30,782 nt of DNA from Tepidisphaerales bacterium (lineage in GTDB: Bacteria; Planctomycetota; Phycisphaerae; Tepidisphaerales; Tepidisphaeraceae): the NCBI GenBank assembly GCA_038317225.1, contig JBBQBE010000040.1, positions 1 through 30,782 of the forward strand. The letters run 5' to 3'. Shown here one piece after another: positions 8,351 to 15,829 of the stretch. The first letter of the stretch is position 1; the number at the start of each line of letters is the position of its first letter. A program made the position numbers and the translations under genes. A model generated the notes under the pieces. That model made no database searches, had not been told where the DNA came from, and saw only the letters and a program-made list of their open reading frames with translations.

Positions 8351-8556
8351 TTGCCGCAAGGCCGCCAGTAAAAAATGCCGCTTGGCGTCCTTCAGCCCAC
8401 TGGCCAGGGATACGCTCTTTTCTCCATCGATGACGATTTTGCGTTGCGGCAGATTGTTTTTTCGCCAGGCGGCGAAGGTTTCGCGGACGGCGGTGACGCG
8501 CCCGGCGTCAAACCGGCGGCGATAGCCCAGCGGGCCGACGCATAGAGGCCCAGCTC

Positions 8557-10173
8557 TTAGGGCGCTTTGCGGTCGGCCGGCGGCCGCTGGGTCGGGCCAT
8601 CCGGCTCCGTCGCCGGGGTTTGGGGTCGCTGGGCTTCGCCGGCGATTTTGACCAGGATTTCGGGAAGCTCAATGCCGCCAATATCCTTCATCACCTGCAA
8701 CATCGGCGGAAGCGTACGCGACATGCTTTGCAAAAAATTGGAGGTGCTGCCATTGCCTTGGCCGTTTTCCCAGACCACCACCTTGTCAAAGCGGATATTG
8801 CTGATGGCTGTGGCGGCGGTTTGCGCCAGCGTGTCAAGGTGTTCGAGCATCAGCAGTTCAAACGCCTGCTTGGCCCCGCCGCAGGCGGTGATGATGCGCT
8901 CCAGGCCCTCGCCTTTGCGGGCAAGCATTTCATACTGGCCTTTGGCCTCGGCCTGCAAGCGGGCGAAGATGGCCGACGCCTGCCCCTCGGCCTCGATGCG
9001 GCGTTTTTCCGCCTCGGCCTCGGCTTCAACGATAATCTGGGCCTTGCGGGCCTTGGCCGGTGCTTCCAATTCCGAGCGGCGCTGGGCCTCGACCATTTCC
9101 GCCTCGGCCAAAGCGGCCTTGGCCATGGCGCGGTTCTGCGCTTCCATCACTGCGGCTTCCGATTCGCGTTTGCGGGTTTCGCCCATTTGATAGGCCTCGG
9201 CCTGCTTGACCTGCAAATGGGCATGGGTGCTGGCGATTTCCGCTTGGGCGGTGGCTTCGCCGGCGATGGCCTTGGCGTTGGCGTCGGACACGCTGACGCG
9301 CATATCGCGCTCGGCCATTTTCACTTGCATTTCCCGTTCGTAGCCGGCGGTTTGCTCGCCGACCTTCTGTTCCTTTTCCAGTTGCGCCACGCGCACCGCC
9401 TGCTCGCGCTGCGCTTCGCGCACACCGATCTCGCGCGTCTTGTTGGCGTTGGCCACCTGCACCATCTTTTCGCGTTCGGCCTCGGCCACGCGCACCTCGC
9501 CGAGTTTTTCCTGTTCGGCCACATCGCCGCGCGCCTGCTGCACGGCCTGGCTGGCGGCCTTTTTGCCGATCGCCTGGATGTAACCCGATTCATCGTTGAT
9601 ATCGGTGATATTCACGTTGATCAGCACCAGGCCGATTTTGCGCAGCTCCGGCTCCAGCGAATGCTGGATGTTGCGCAAAAACGCCTCGCGGTCGCGGTTG
9701 ATATCCTCGATGCGCATGGAGGCGATCACCTGACGCAACTGGCCGAAGATAATGTCCTGGGCCTGCTGCTTGACCTGCATCTGGTTGAGTCCCAACAGGC
9801 GGATGGCGGCGTTTTGCATCAAAGCCGCTTCCGTGCCAATGGCCACGGTGAAGATGCTGGGGACACTGACGCGGATATTCTCCATGGACAAAGCGTCGCG
9901 CAGGGGAATTTCGATCTGGATCGGCTCCAGCGTCAGATAGCCGTGATCCTGGATCAATGGCCAGACGAACGCCGCCCCGCCGTGGATACAGCGGGCGCTG
10001 TCGCCGCCGCCGACTTTACCGAAGATCACCAGCACGCGGTTGGACGGGCAGCGCTTATAGCGTTTGACCAGCAGGATGATGAAGCTGACAAACAACAAAG
10101 CGACGAAGACGGCCAAAAGCGCCAGCATGTTGCCGGCGTCGGCGGCCTGGGCGATAGGGTCAAGAATGTTCAT
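8557..10173 (-). CDS. Flotillin-like SPFH/band-7 protein (FloT/YuaG type) with N-terminal membrane anchor and long Ala/Glu-rich coiled coil
   Basis: ATG at 10173. An N-terminal TM helix is followed by an SPFH domain (VLVIFGKVGG...IRVSVPSIFTVAIG...) and flotillin-type EA repeats (AEAEREK..., EAEAEAEKRRIEAE). Confidence 0.9.
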   Translation of the reverse strand: MNILDPIAQAADAGNMLALLAVFVALLFVSFIILLVKRYKRCPSNRVLVIFGKVGGGDSARCIHGGAAFVWPLIQDHGYLTLEPIQIEIPLRDALSMENIRVSVPSIFTVAIGTEAALMQNAAIRLLGLNQMQVKQQAQDIIFGQLRQVIASMRIEDINRDREAFLRNIQHSLEPELRKIGLVLINVNITDINDESGYIQAIGKKAASQAVQQARGDVAEQEKLGEVRVAEAEREKMVQVANANKTREIGVREAQREQAVRVAQLEKEQKVGEQTAGYEREMQVKMAERDMRVSVSDANAKAIAGEATAQAEIASTHAHLQVKQAEAYQMGETRKRESEAAVMEAQNRAMAKAALAEAEMVEAQRRSELEAPAKARKAQIIVEAEAEAEKRRIEAEGQASAIFARLQAEAKGQYEMLARKGEGLERIITACGGAKQAFELLMLEHLDTLAQTAATAISNIRFDKVVVWENGQGNGSTSNFLQSMSRTLPPMLQVMKDIGGIELPEILVKIAGEAQRPQTPATEPDGPTQRPPADRKAP

Positions 10174-10197
10174 AGTGATTTACCTATAAAAGTTCGA

Positions 10198-10818
10198 TTA
10201 GTCCGGCACATCCGATGCCGACACATCCGATACCGGCACATCCGATGCCGGCCCGCATTCCGGTTGGGCGACCACTTCCACCGTGTCGCCGCTGACGACG
10301 CTGACCACCCGCACCTTGGAGCCGGTGGGCAGTTGACCCTGAAAGGTAACGGCCTGGCACTCCACCGTGCGGTTTTGCAGGGTGAGGGTGATCTTCCCCA
10401 GCCCGCTTTTGTTGCCGGGGATGGTGAGATAAACCGTGCCGCCGCGGCCAACGGCGCCGGCCAGGCGGAGCGTGCCATCGTCGCGCAGGCGGCTGATCAG
10501 CCGCATCATCTGCGCTACCAGCAGCAGCGCCGCCAAACCGCAACCCAGCCCCCATGCCAGCGCCGCCGTAGCGGAAAAGTGCCCTGCGTCGGCCGCCAGC
10601 CCGCCCAGACCAAATGCCGTCAACGCCGCCACCAGCGAACGAAACGTCAAAACTCCCGCGAACCAGTTGGCATCGTGGCCCATCTGGGCGTCGTGGTCCA
10701 CCGACACATCATGGGAGTCAAAATCGTGGTGTCCACCCAAGCCCAGTAACCCCAGCAAAAACTGGGTTAAAAAAAGCGTCCCGCCGATCACCGCGCAGTA
10801 AGTGTAAATGCTTGTCAT
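10198..10818 (-). CDS. NfeD-like membrane protein (YuaF-type partner of flotillin) with C-terminal beta (OB-like) domain and a short SDV(P/S)x tandem repeat tail
   Basis: ATG at 10818. It has multiple N-terminal TM segments and a C-terminal VYLTIPG...GKITLTL...VECQAV soluble domain. It lies immediately upstream of and co-oriented with the flotillin, like the conserved yuaF-floT pair. Three copies of the 15-nt repeat cacatccgat(g/a)ccg sit at 10205-10250. Confidence 0.7.
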   Translation of the reverse strand: MTSIYTYCAVIGGTLFLTQFLLGLLGLGGHHDFDSHDVSVDHDAQMGHDANWFAGVLTFRSLVAALTAFGLGGLAADAGHFSATAALAWGLGCGLAALLLVAQMMRLISRLRDDGTLRLAGAVGRGGTVYLTIPGNKSGLGKITLTLQNRTVECQAVTFQGQLPTGSKVRVVSVVSGDTVEVVAQPECGPASDVPVSDVSASDVPD

Positions 10819-10975
10819 GGCGTAACCCCCAACTGCCCTGTAGCCCTATGCAAGTATGCCCGCCACCAAGTGCCAGGTCAAGCAACATGAACCCGCCGCC
10901 AGATTCGCGGCAAGATACCCGTGAACATCTCCCAGCCATTGACGCCAACGCGGGTTGGGGATACCAAGATGCCGT

Positions 10976-11836
10976 ATGCTTCCCAGCGCCGAACAGGTTA
11001 TCGAGGCTTTGCAGTGCGCCACCGAGGAGAACCAGCTTTGTCCACTGCGGGACAACCAGGTGGTCTTGCTTCCCGAGCAGGGCGAATTGTGGATGACCGG
11101 CGATATGCACGATCATCGCCGCAATTTCCAAAAGATCGTCAAACACGCGGATCTGGCCAATCATCCGCAGCGGCATTTGATTCTCCATGAGCTGATTCAC
11201 GGCGACCATTACGATGAAAATGGGGCCGAGGATAGCTGGTCGATGCTCTATCAGGCGGCGGTGCTGAAGTGCGACTTTCCCAACCAGGTACATTTTTTAC
11301 TGGCCAATCATGACCTGGCGCAGATTCATGGCGAAGGAATTATGAAAGCGGGCTTAAGCGTTTGCGAGGCGTTCAACGCCGGCGTGAAACGTGATTTTGG
11401 TGCCCAGGCGAGCAATGTGCAGGTGGCGATCACGGAATTTTTGTTGTCGCTGCCGCTGGCGGCCCGCGCTCCCAACGCCATGTTTTTCTGCCATTCGCTG
11501 CCGACCGATGCGGAGGTGGCGGGGTTTGATTACACCATTTTCAAGCGACCGCTCAGTGGCCCGGATTATCGGCGGCGAACCGGCCCGGTTTACCAGCTTA
11601 TCTGGGGACGCAACATGACCCCGGCGGCGGTGGACCTGTTCGCCGATCAAATTGGCGCCAGCCTGATCGTTACCGGGCATCAGCCTCAAGATTCGGGCTT
11701 CGGCGTCAACGGCGATCGGCACTTAATTATCGCCTCCGACCACAACCAGGGGGTGTTTGTGCCTATTGAATTGAGTAAAGCATACGACATGCCGCGATTG
11801 GTGCGGCGGGTGAAAAAAATCGTGGCTTTGGAGTAG
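10976..11836 (+). CDS. Calcineurin-like metallophosphoesterase (Ser/Thr protein phosphatase-like)
   Basis: Motifs GDMHD (GDxHG-like), ...LLANHD... and GHQP fit the metallophosphatase signature. The first ATG is at 10976; the track start at 10955 is TTG. Confidence 0.7.
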   Translation: MLPSAEQVIEALQCATEENQLCPLRDNQVVLLPEQGELWMTGDMHDHRRNFQKIVKHADLANHPQRHLILHELIHGDHYDENGAEDSWSMLYQAAVLKCDFPNQVHFLLANHDLAQIHGEGIMKAGLSVCEAFNAGVKRDFGAQASNVQVAITEFLLSLPLAARAPNAMFFCHSLPTDAEVAGFDYTIFKRPLSGPDYRRRTGPVYQLIWGRNMTPAAVDLFADQIGASLIVTGHQPQDSGFGVNGDRHLIIASDHNQGVFVPIELSKAYDMPRLVRRVKKIVALE

Positions 11837-11843
11837 CTCGTCG

Positions 11844-12479
11844 ATGAACGATCTCCCCCCGCCGCCGCCCCCGCCGCCGCAACATCCCCAGCCTTTTTTG
11901 CTTAGCTACGATCGCGCCGCGGCGGCGGCGGCGCGCTGGCGGCGCTGGATTTTGTGGCTCACCGTACTTTTGGCCCTGGCCAGCGCTTGGCCGTGGGCCG
12001 TCCGTTCGGTGCGCTGGGCCCAGCGGATTTACTGGCGGCAGCAATGTCTTAACTGGCAAAACCCCAGCACCCAGCCGGTGGTTCAGTGGAAAGACGGCAA
12101 AGCAACCATTGCCACAACGGCATCTCCCTGGCCGCGGTATTATGAATCACTCAATCAAGCAACCCTCGGCGGCGCGGGACTGCTTTATCTGCACCGCCGA
12201 GCCGCGCAGGCCGATAAGCCGCGACTGGTAGTCATTGAAGTCGCCGCCGGCACCACGGCGGGTCAGTGGCGCCTGTGGCCGCGGGTGATCGCGCTGGATC
12301 AGGGCGGGCGGGAACTGGATGCCCCGCCGCCGTATTATCTGGAGGCCGACAAACTATATCCCGCCCTGTCGGACATCAATCACCCCGCGATGATACGCCT
12401 GCCATTTGAACGTGGCGGCGGTAACCACATTCTTACAATCTGGCTGGATGCGACCGATCAATTGCGCTACGCGGAATAA
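11844..12479 (+). CDS. Hypothetical membrane-anchored protein (N-terminal Pro-run, one TM helix, soluble C-terminal domain)
   Basis: ATG at 11844 overlaps the upstream stop. PPPPPPPP is followed by the hydrophobic stretch ILWLTVLLALASAWPW. I recognise no family. Confidence 0.5.
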   Translation: MNDLPPPPPPPPQHPQPFLLSYDRAAAAAARWRRWILWLTVLLALASAWPWAVRSVRWAQRIYWRQQCLNWQNPSTQPVVQWKDGKATIATTASPWPRYYESLNQATLGGAGLLYLHRRAAQADKPRLVVIEVAAGTTAGQWRLWPRVIALDQGGRELDAPPPYYLEADKLYPALSDINHPAMIRLPFERGGGNHILTIWLDATDQLRYAE

Positions 12480-12627
12480 ACCGCCGCGATATCATCAGGC
12501 AAGAGCGTTCTCACACCAAACGTGCCGTGAACAGGAGCCACACTGGTGTACGAGCGGAGGGTTTTCCGCGTGCGACGCGCGGCTCTTTCCCACCCGCTAC
12601 CAACGGCATGGGAAAGCTCTAAAACCA

Positions 12628-12990
12628 CTACAAGCGATAGACGCGGCGATGTACGCCCGAATCATCGTCGTCGGTTTCCAACAGTGTTGGATCTGTGCGA
12701 ACCGGCCGCGGCGGCGCGGGCGGCTGGGGCGAGGGGGCCTGGGGAGTGGCGATCGCCTCTTCGATGCGCTGGGCGCGCTCGCCGTGTTGTTGGAGCCGCA
12801 ACAGCGCTCGCTTAAAATCGACCAGGGTGCTGGCGTGCTTATCGGTCAACATGTCCAGCAATGCTTCGATATGCAATTGCTGGGCGCGGATGGCCTGGCA
12901 CATTTCCTGGTGCAACGCGCGCAGGGCGCGGCGGGCGTGCGGATCATCAATCAACGCTATTTCCGCGGCAAGGACGCTGGTATCGCTCAT
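12628..12990 (-). CDS. Hypothetical small acidic, helical protein
   Basis: It is a minus-strand ORF downstream of trmL with protein-like composition. The overlapping plus-strand ORF (12406-13008) is Arg/Gly-rich junk-like. I recognise no family. Confidence 0.35.
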   Translation of the reverse strand: MSDTSVLAAEIALIDDPHARRALRALHQEMCQAIRAQQLHIEALLDMLTDKHASTLVDFKRALLRLQQHGERAQRIEEAIATPQAPSPQPPAPPRPVRTDPTLLETDDDDSGVHRRVYRL

Positions 12991-13083
12991 AGCCGGCTCC
13001 TGAGGTGAAAAGCCTTTGAATTACAACAGTACCATACCACCCGCTTGCGGCGGCGACAATCAAAAAGCGGGCGAAGTGCGCAA

Positions 13084-13602
13084 TTATTGTAAAGGGGGAC
13101 TATTCCCGCCGCGGAAACCGATTTGCCTAAGGGCTTCATACAATCCGATCCCCGCTGCCGTCGAAAGATTCAGACAACGCTCGCCGGAGGCTTGGGGGAT
13201 GCGCACGGCCTGATCGGGCGCATGCTCCCAAAGCCGGGGATTGAGTCCGGCGGTTTCGCTGCCAAAAACCAGGCAATCGCCATCGTGCATTTGAGCCTGC
13301 CAGAGCGTGCGCCCGGCTTTGCTGGAAAAGAACCATAAGCGGGATTGGTTCATCGCTTGCAGGAAAGCGGCCAGATCGTCATGCACCGTCAATCGCAGCC
13401 GCGGCCAATAGTCCATCGCGCTGCGGCGAAGTTGCTTGTCGCTAAGCACAAACCCCAGCGGACGCACCAGGTGCAAAGCGGTGCCCGCGGCCACGCATAG
13501 CCGCGCGATATTGCCGGTATTGGGAGCAATTTGCGGACAAATCAGCGCCACTGCCAGCCGATGAGACGCGAGGATCGGATTACCTGGTGAATCGAGGGCC
13601 AT
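13084..13602 (-). CDS. trmL: tRNA (cytidine/uridine-2'-O)-methyltransferase TrmL (SpoU/TrmH family, YibK type)
   Basis: ATG at 13602. LAVALICPQIAPNTGNIARLCVAAGTALHLVRP matches the TrmL N-terminal SPOUT motif. The C-terminal SGERCLNLSTAAGIGLYEALRQ matches SPOUT motif III. Confidence 0.85.
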   Translation of the reverse strand: MALDSPGNPILASHRLAVALICPQIAPNTGNIARLCVAAGTALHLVRPLGFVLSDKQLRRSAMDYWPRLRLTVHDDLAAFLQAMNQSRLWFFSSKAGRTLWQAQMHDGDCLVFGSETAGLNPRLWEHAPDQAVRIPQASGERCLNLSTAAGIGLYEALRQIGFRGGNSPPLQ

Positions 13603-13613
13603 GGCGCTGGCGG

Positions 13614-14096
13614 CTAAATTGCGACGCCGCTATCGCGGCGATAATTTTCCAGCAGTTGCACAAACTGGTCGGTGAAGACGAAATTGTGCTGGGGAAATTG
13701 CATGCCGGCCATATTCTGGTCGATGTGGCTGAACATCAATTCAATCTCGGCGATCAAGCGCTGGCCGACCTTGACGGTACCGCTGATCGATGCCCCGGCC
13801 TCGGATAATTGCTGGATCGTCGCCTCAAAGAGTAATTGATCGCCGGGCAGCACCAAGTGATGAAATAGCGCTTTGCCCACCTTGGCCAAAATCACCTTTT
13901 CGGCAAACCGCCGCGCTTCGCCGACGAGAATGCCGGCGGTCTGGGCCATGCCCTCGATAATCAGCGAATGGGGCATGATGGGAAAATCGGGATACAAATC
14001 GTGCAAATGCTCCTCGGCCAAAGATACATTCTTCACCGCCGCGGCGGAAACGCCGGGCGTGAAACCCACAAATTTGTCGATCCAGATCCAACGCAT
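13614..14096 (-). CDS. FabZ/FabA-like 3-hydroxyacyl-ACP dehydratase (hotdog fold)
   Basis: ATG at 14096. AAVKNVSLAEEHLHDLYPDFPIMPHSLIIEGMAQTAGIL parallels FabZ [39 protein letters not shown], including the catalytic His. Confidence 0.8.
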   Translation of the reverse strand: MRWIWIDKFVGFTPGVSAAAVKNVSLAEEHLHDLYPDFPIMPHSLIIEGMAQTAGILVGEARRFAEKVILAKVGKALFHHLVLPGDQLLFEATIQQLSEAGASISGTVKVGQRLIAEIELMFSHIDQNMAGMQFPQHNFVFTDQFVQLLENYRRDSGVAI

Positions 14097-14112
14097 AACG
14101 TATTGGTCCGTT

Positions 14113-14217
14113 GTCAGTAGTCAGTGGTCAGTTGCAAAGATGAATGTCGATTGTTGATTGTGGAGAACCAATTCAACATTCCACATTCAACACTCAACTG
14201 AGCCACTGACTACTGAC
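14113..14217. repeat. AT-rich inverted-repeat element: 22-bp arms (GTCAGTAGTCAGTGGTCAGTTG / CAACTGAgCCACTGACTACTGAC, one bulge) flanking a 60-nt spacer; each arm is itself three tandem GTCAGTN heptads
   Basis: Seen directly at 14113-14134 and 14195-14217. The spacer contains attcaaca twice and gattgt twice. GC content is about 40 percent against about 65 percent in the flanks. It lies in the 132-bp gap between the ACP stop (14229) and the FabZ-like start (14096). Confidence 0.6.
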
Positions 14218-14228
14218 TCCTGATCCTT

Positions 14229-14609
14229 CTACTTAATTTTATTCTCAATATAATTCACCACGGTATCGACGGTGAACTGCATCTTGTTGATGTCCGGGTC
14301 TTTTTCCAATTCCGCAAAGTCCATGTGCGGCATGCGCTGTTTAAGCTGCGCCATGCCCTCGGGCGTGATGCGGCCATTTTGCACGTACTGCACGTTGGTC
14401 AATAGATCCTCCGGGAACATTTCGCCGCGCGGAATCTTGATGCCGAAGGCTTTTTCCAGGCGAAAGGCGATATCCAGAAAATCGATGCTTTCAGCGCCCA
14501 GGTCGCCGCGCAGGGTGGCGCTGGGCTTGACATCCTCCTCGTCAACGCCCAAGGCATCAACCAAAACATCCCGCACCTTGCCGTATATTTCGTCGCGCGT
14601 CATCGCCAT
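14229..14609 (-). CDS. Acyl carrier protein with about 45-aa C-terminal extension
   Basis: ATG at 14609. LRGDLGAESIDFLDIAFRLEKAFGI corresponds to the ACP phosphopantetheine-attachment region (DLGADSLDxVEL pattern; Ser in ESID). At 126 aa it is much longer than the 78-aa canonical AcpP. Confidence 0.85.
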   Translation of the reverse strand: MAMTRDEIYGKVRDVLVDALGVDEEDVKPSATLRGDLGAESIDFLDIAFRLEKAFGIKIPRGEMFPEDLLTNVQYVQNGRITPEGMAQLKQRMPHMDFAELEKDPDINKMQFTVDTVVNYIENKIK

Positions 14610-14651
14610 GAGAATGCTCCAGGTAGAAGTACTTTATTCAAAGCGCTGATC

Positions 14652-15137
14652 TTACAGACTTTGTTCCCGATTTTGAAGGTTAAGCAATTGCCAGCGCCGT
14701 TTGTGATGCTCGATCAGCGCCGCATCGGTGGGCGCGTAAGCCGAATCGCGCTGTGCTAAATTAAAATACGCCAGTTCCAGCCGCGCCGTAACGGCGGGCT
14801 GTTCGTCCACCGTGCCGGCGGCCTTGAAGATGGCGCCGGCGTCGGTTGATTTGACCCATTGCACATCCACCACCAGGCTTTGCCCCGGCGAGAGGAAATG
14901 GGCGTATTTCACATTTTTGGCTTCCTTGAGGATCGTCATCGAGCAGGCAAATCCGCCGCGGTGGTGCAGCAGCCAGCCGCAGGCCTGGGTCATCGCCTCC
15001 AGCATCATCACGCCCGGCAGCACCGGGAAGGTGGGGAAATGATCGGCCAAATATTCCTCGGCCAGCGAAACCTGCTTGCGCGCCGTCAAACGCTCGGCGG
15101 TGATCGATTCGATTTTATCCAGCAGATTAAATTTCAA
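14652..15137 (-). CDS. Second FabZ/FabA-like hotdog dehydratase; start re-assigned to a TTG at 15137 preceded by GGAAGG
   Basis: LAEEYLADHFPTFPVLPGVMMLEAMTQACGWL is the FabZ active-site region. The track ORF extends to 15353, but that N-terminus is Arg/Lys-rich and has no homologous counterpart in FabZ. It contains a perfect 12-bp hairpin and would overlap the upstream gene by 38 nt. The TTG at 15137 with GGAAGG 5 nt upstream gives a 161-aa FabZ-sized protein. Confidence 0.65.
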   Translation of the reverse strand: MKFNLLDKIESITAERLTARKQVSLAEEYLADHFPTFPVLPGVMMLEAMTQACGWLLHHRGGFACSMTILKEAKNVKYAHFLSPGQSLVVDVQWVKSTDAGAIFKAAGTVDEQPAVTARLELAYFNLAQRDSAYAPTDAALIEHHKRRWQLLNLQNREQSL

Positions 15138-15147
15138 AACAACCTTC

Positions 15148-15176
15148 CCGTCAGCGCTGCGAACCAGCGCTGACGG
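15148..15176 (-). terminator. Perfect 12-bp GC-rich hairpin (CCGTCAGCGCTG-cgaac-CAGCGCTGACGG) followed on the minus strand by GGGAAGGTTGTTTTGAAATTT; candidate intrinsic terminator or attenuator between the hypothetical gene and FabZ-like #2
   Basis: Seen directly: stem 15148-15159 pairs with 15165-15176. The downstream stretch on the minus strand is moderately U-rich and also contains the putative RBS and TTG start of the next gene. Confidence 0.4.
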
Positions 15177-15315
15177 CAGGGTTGTATCTGCCTTATATGG
15201 GCTTTTCAAGAGCGGGGACGATTTTGCTTGCCAGCCATACCAGCGGGCCGCCCCGGCACTAAACCGGGGCGGCTGGGTGCGGCTTCCGCATTTTACATAG
15301 GCAAAAAGGGATATT

Positions 15316-15762
15316 TTACGCGGGGAAATCTTCCAGCGGCGCTTCGGGCACATCCAGATTCACTTGCCGATTGACTACCTTGCGGTAGCCCAGCTTGTGC
15401 ATCACCTCCAGCACCTCGGTCCAGGTGGGGAACATTTTTTTGTTCACCTTTTTGTAGGTTTCAATGGCCATGACAAACTCAAACTGGCCAGGGGTCATCT
15501 CCCCTTCCTCGGCGCTGCGGCGATCCTCGCTCAGGCGAATCCCCGCGCCGCGACGGCGCTCCAGGTGGGTTCGCCGTGGGCCGCTACGCCGCTCGGGACC
15601 GGTGTAACTGGACTGCTCGCGGCTGAGTTGGCGCCGATCCAGACCCATGCGCCGGTCCACGACGCTGCGCGCCGGTTCCTGGGGCTGGGTGGCGGGCGCC
15701 GCTTCGCAGGCGCACGCGTCAGCGGGAATTGTCAGAGTTTCGGCCGTCATTGCTGTACTCAT
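15316..15762 (-). CDS. Hypothetical protein: Ala/Cys-rich N-terminus, six [D/E/P]-[D/E]-R-R repeats (VDRR, LDRR, PERR, GPRR, LERRR, EDRR), then a compact conserved-looking C-terminal domain (GQFEFVMAIETYKKVNKKMFPTWTEVLEVMHKLGYRKV)
   Basis: ATG at 15762. It is co-oriented between the BY-kinase pair and the dehydratase-ACP-dehydratase cassette. I recognise no family. Confidence 0.55.
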   Translation of the reverse strand: MSTAMTAETLTIPADACACEAAPATQPQEPARSVVDRRMGLDRRQLSREQSSYTGPERRSGPRRTHLERRRGAGIRLSEDRRSAEEGEMTPGQFEFVMAIETYKKVNKKMFPTWTEVLEVMHKLGYRKVVNRQVNLDVPEAPLEDFPA

Positions 15763-15829
15763 ACATCCACCTCTTTAGGCACATCGGATGGATGCGAAGG
15801 CGACTTAACTTGACAGGTAAATATTCCCG

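Noticed and set aside
7870-8525. ORFs 7870-8160 and 8028-8525 spanning the 71-bp tandem repeats (repeated peptide NCARATIT...)
   Set aside because: The repeat period (71-72 bp) is not divisible by 3, so the same DNA unit is read in rotating frames. That is incompatible with a selected repeat protein, so this is treated as a non-coding minisatellite.
8340-8556. Open minus-strand frame downstream of flotillin running into the minisatellite (possible gene remnant)
   Set aside because: It has no ATG/GTG/TTG start giving at least 60 aa, I recognise no homology, and the frame terminates inside the first repeat unit. It is most likely chance openness in GC-rich DNA.
8620-10749. 709-aa plus-strand ORF (and 8567-9190) antisense to flotillin/NfeD
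   Set aside because: It is low-complexity G/A/L/R/H-rich with no domain. It is antisense to two genes with strong homology. Long antisense open frames are expected opposite GC-rich, GAG/GCC-repeat coiled-coil coding sequence.
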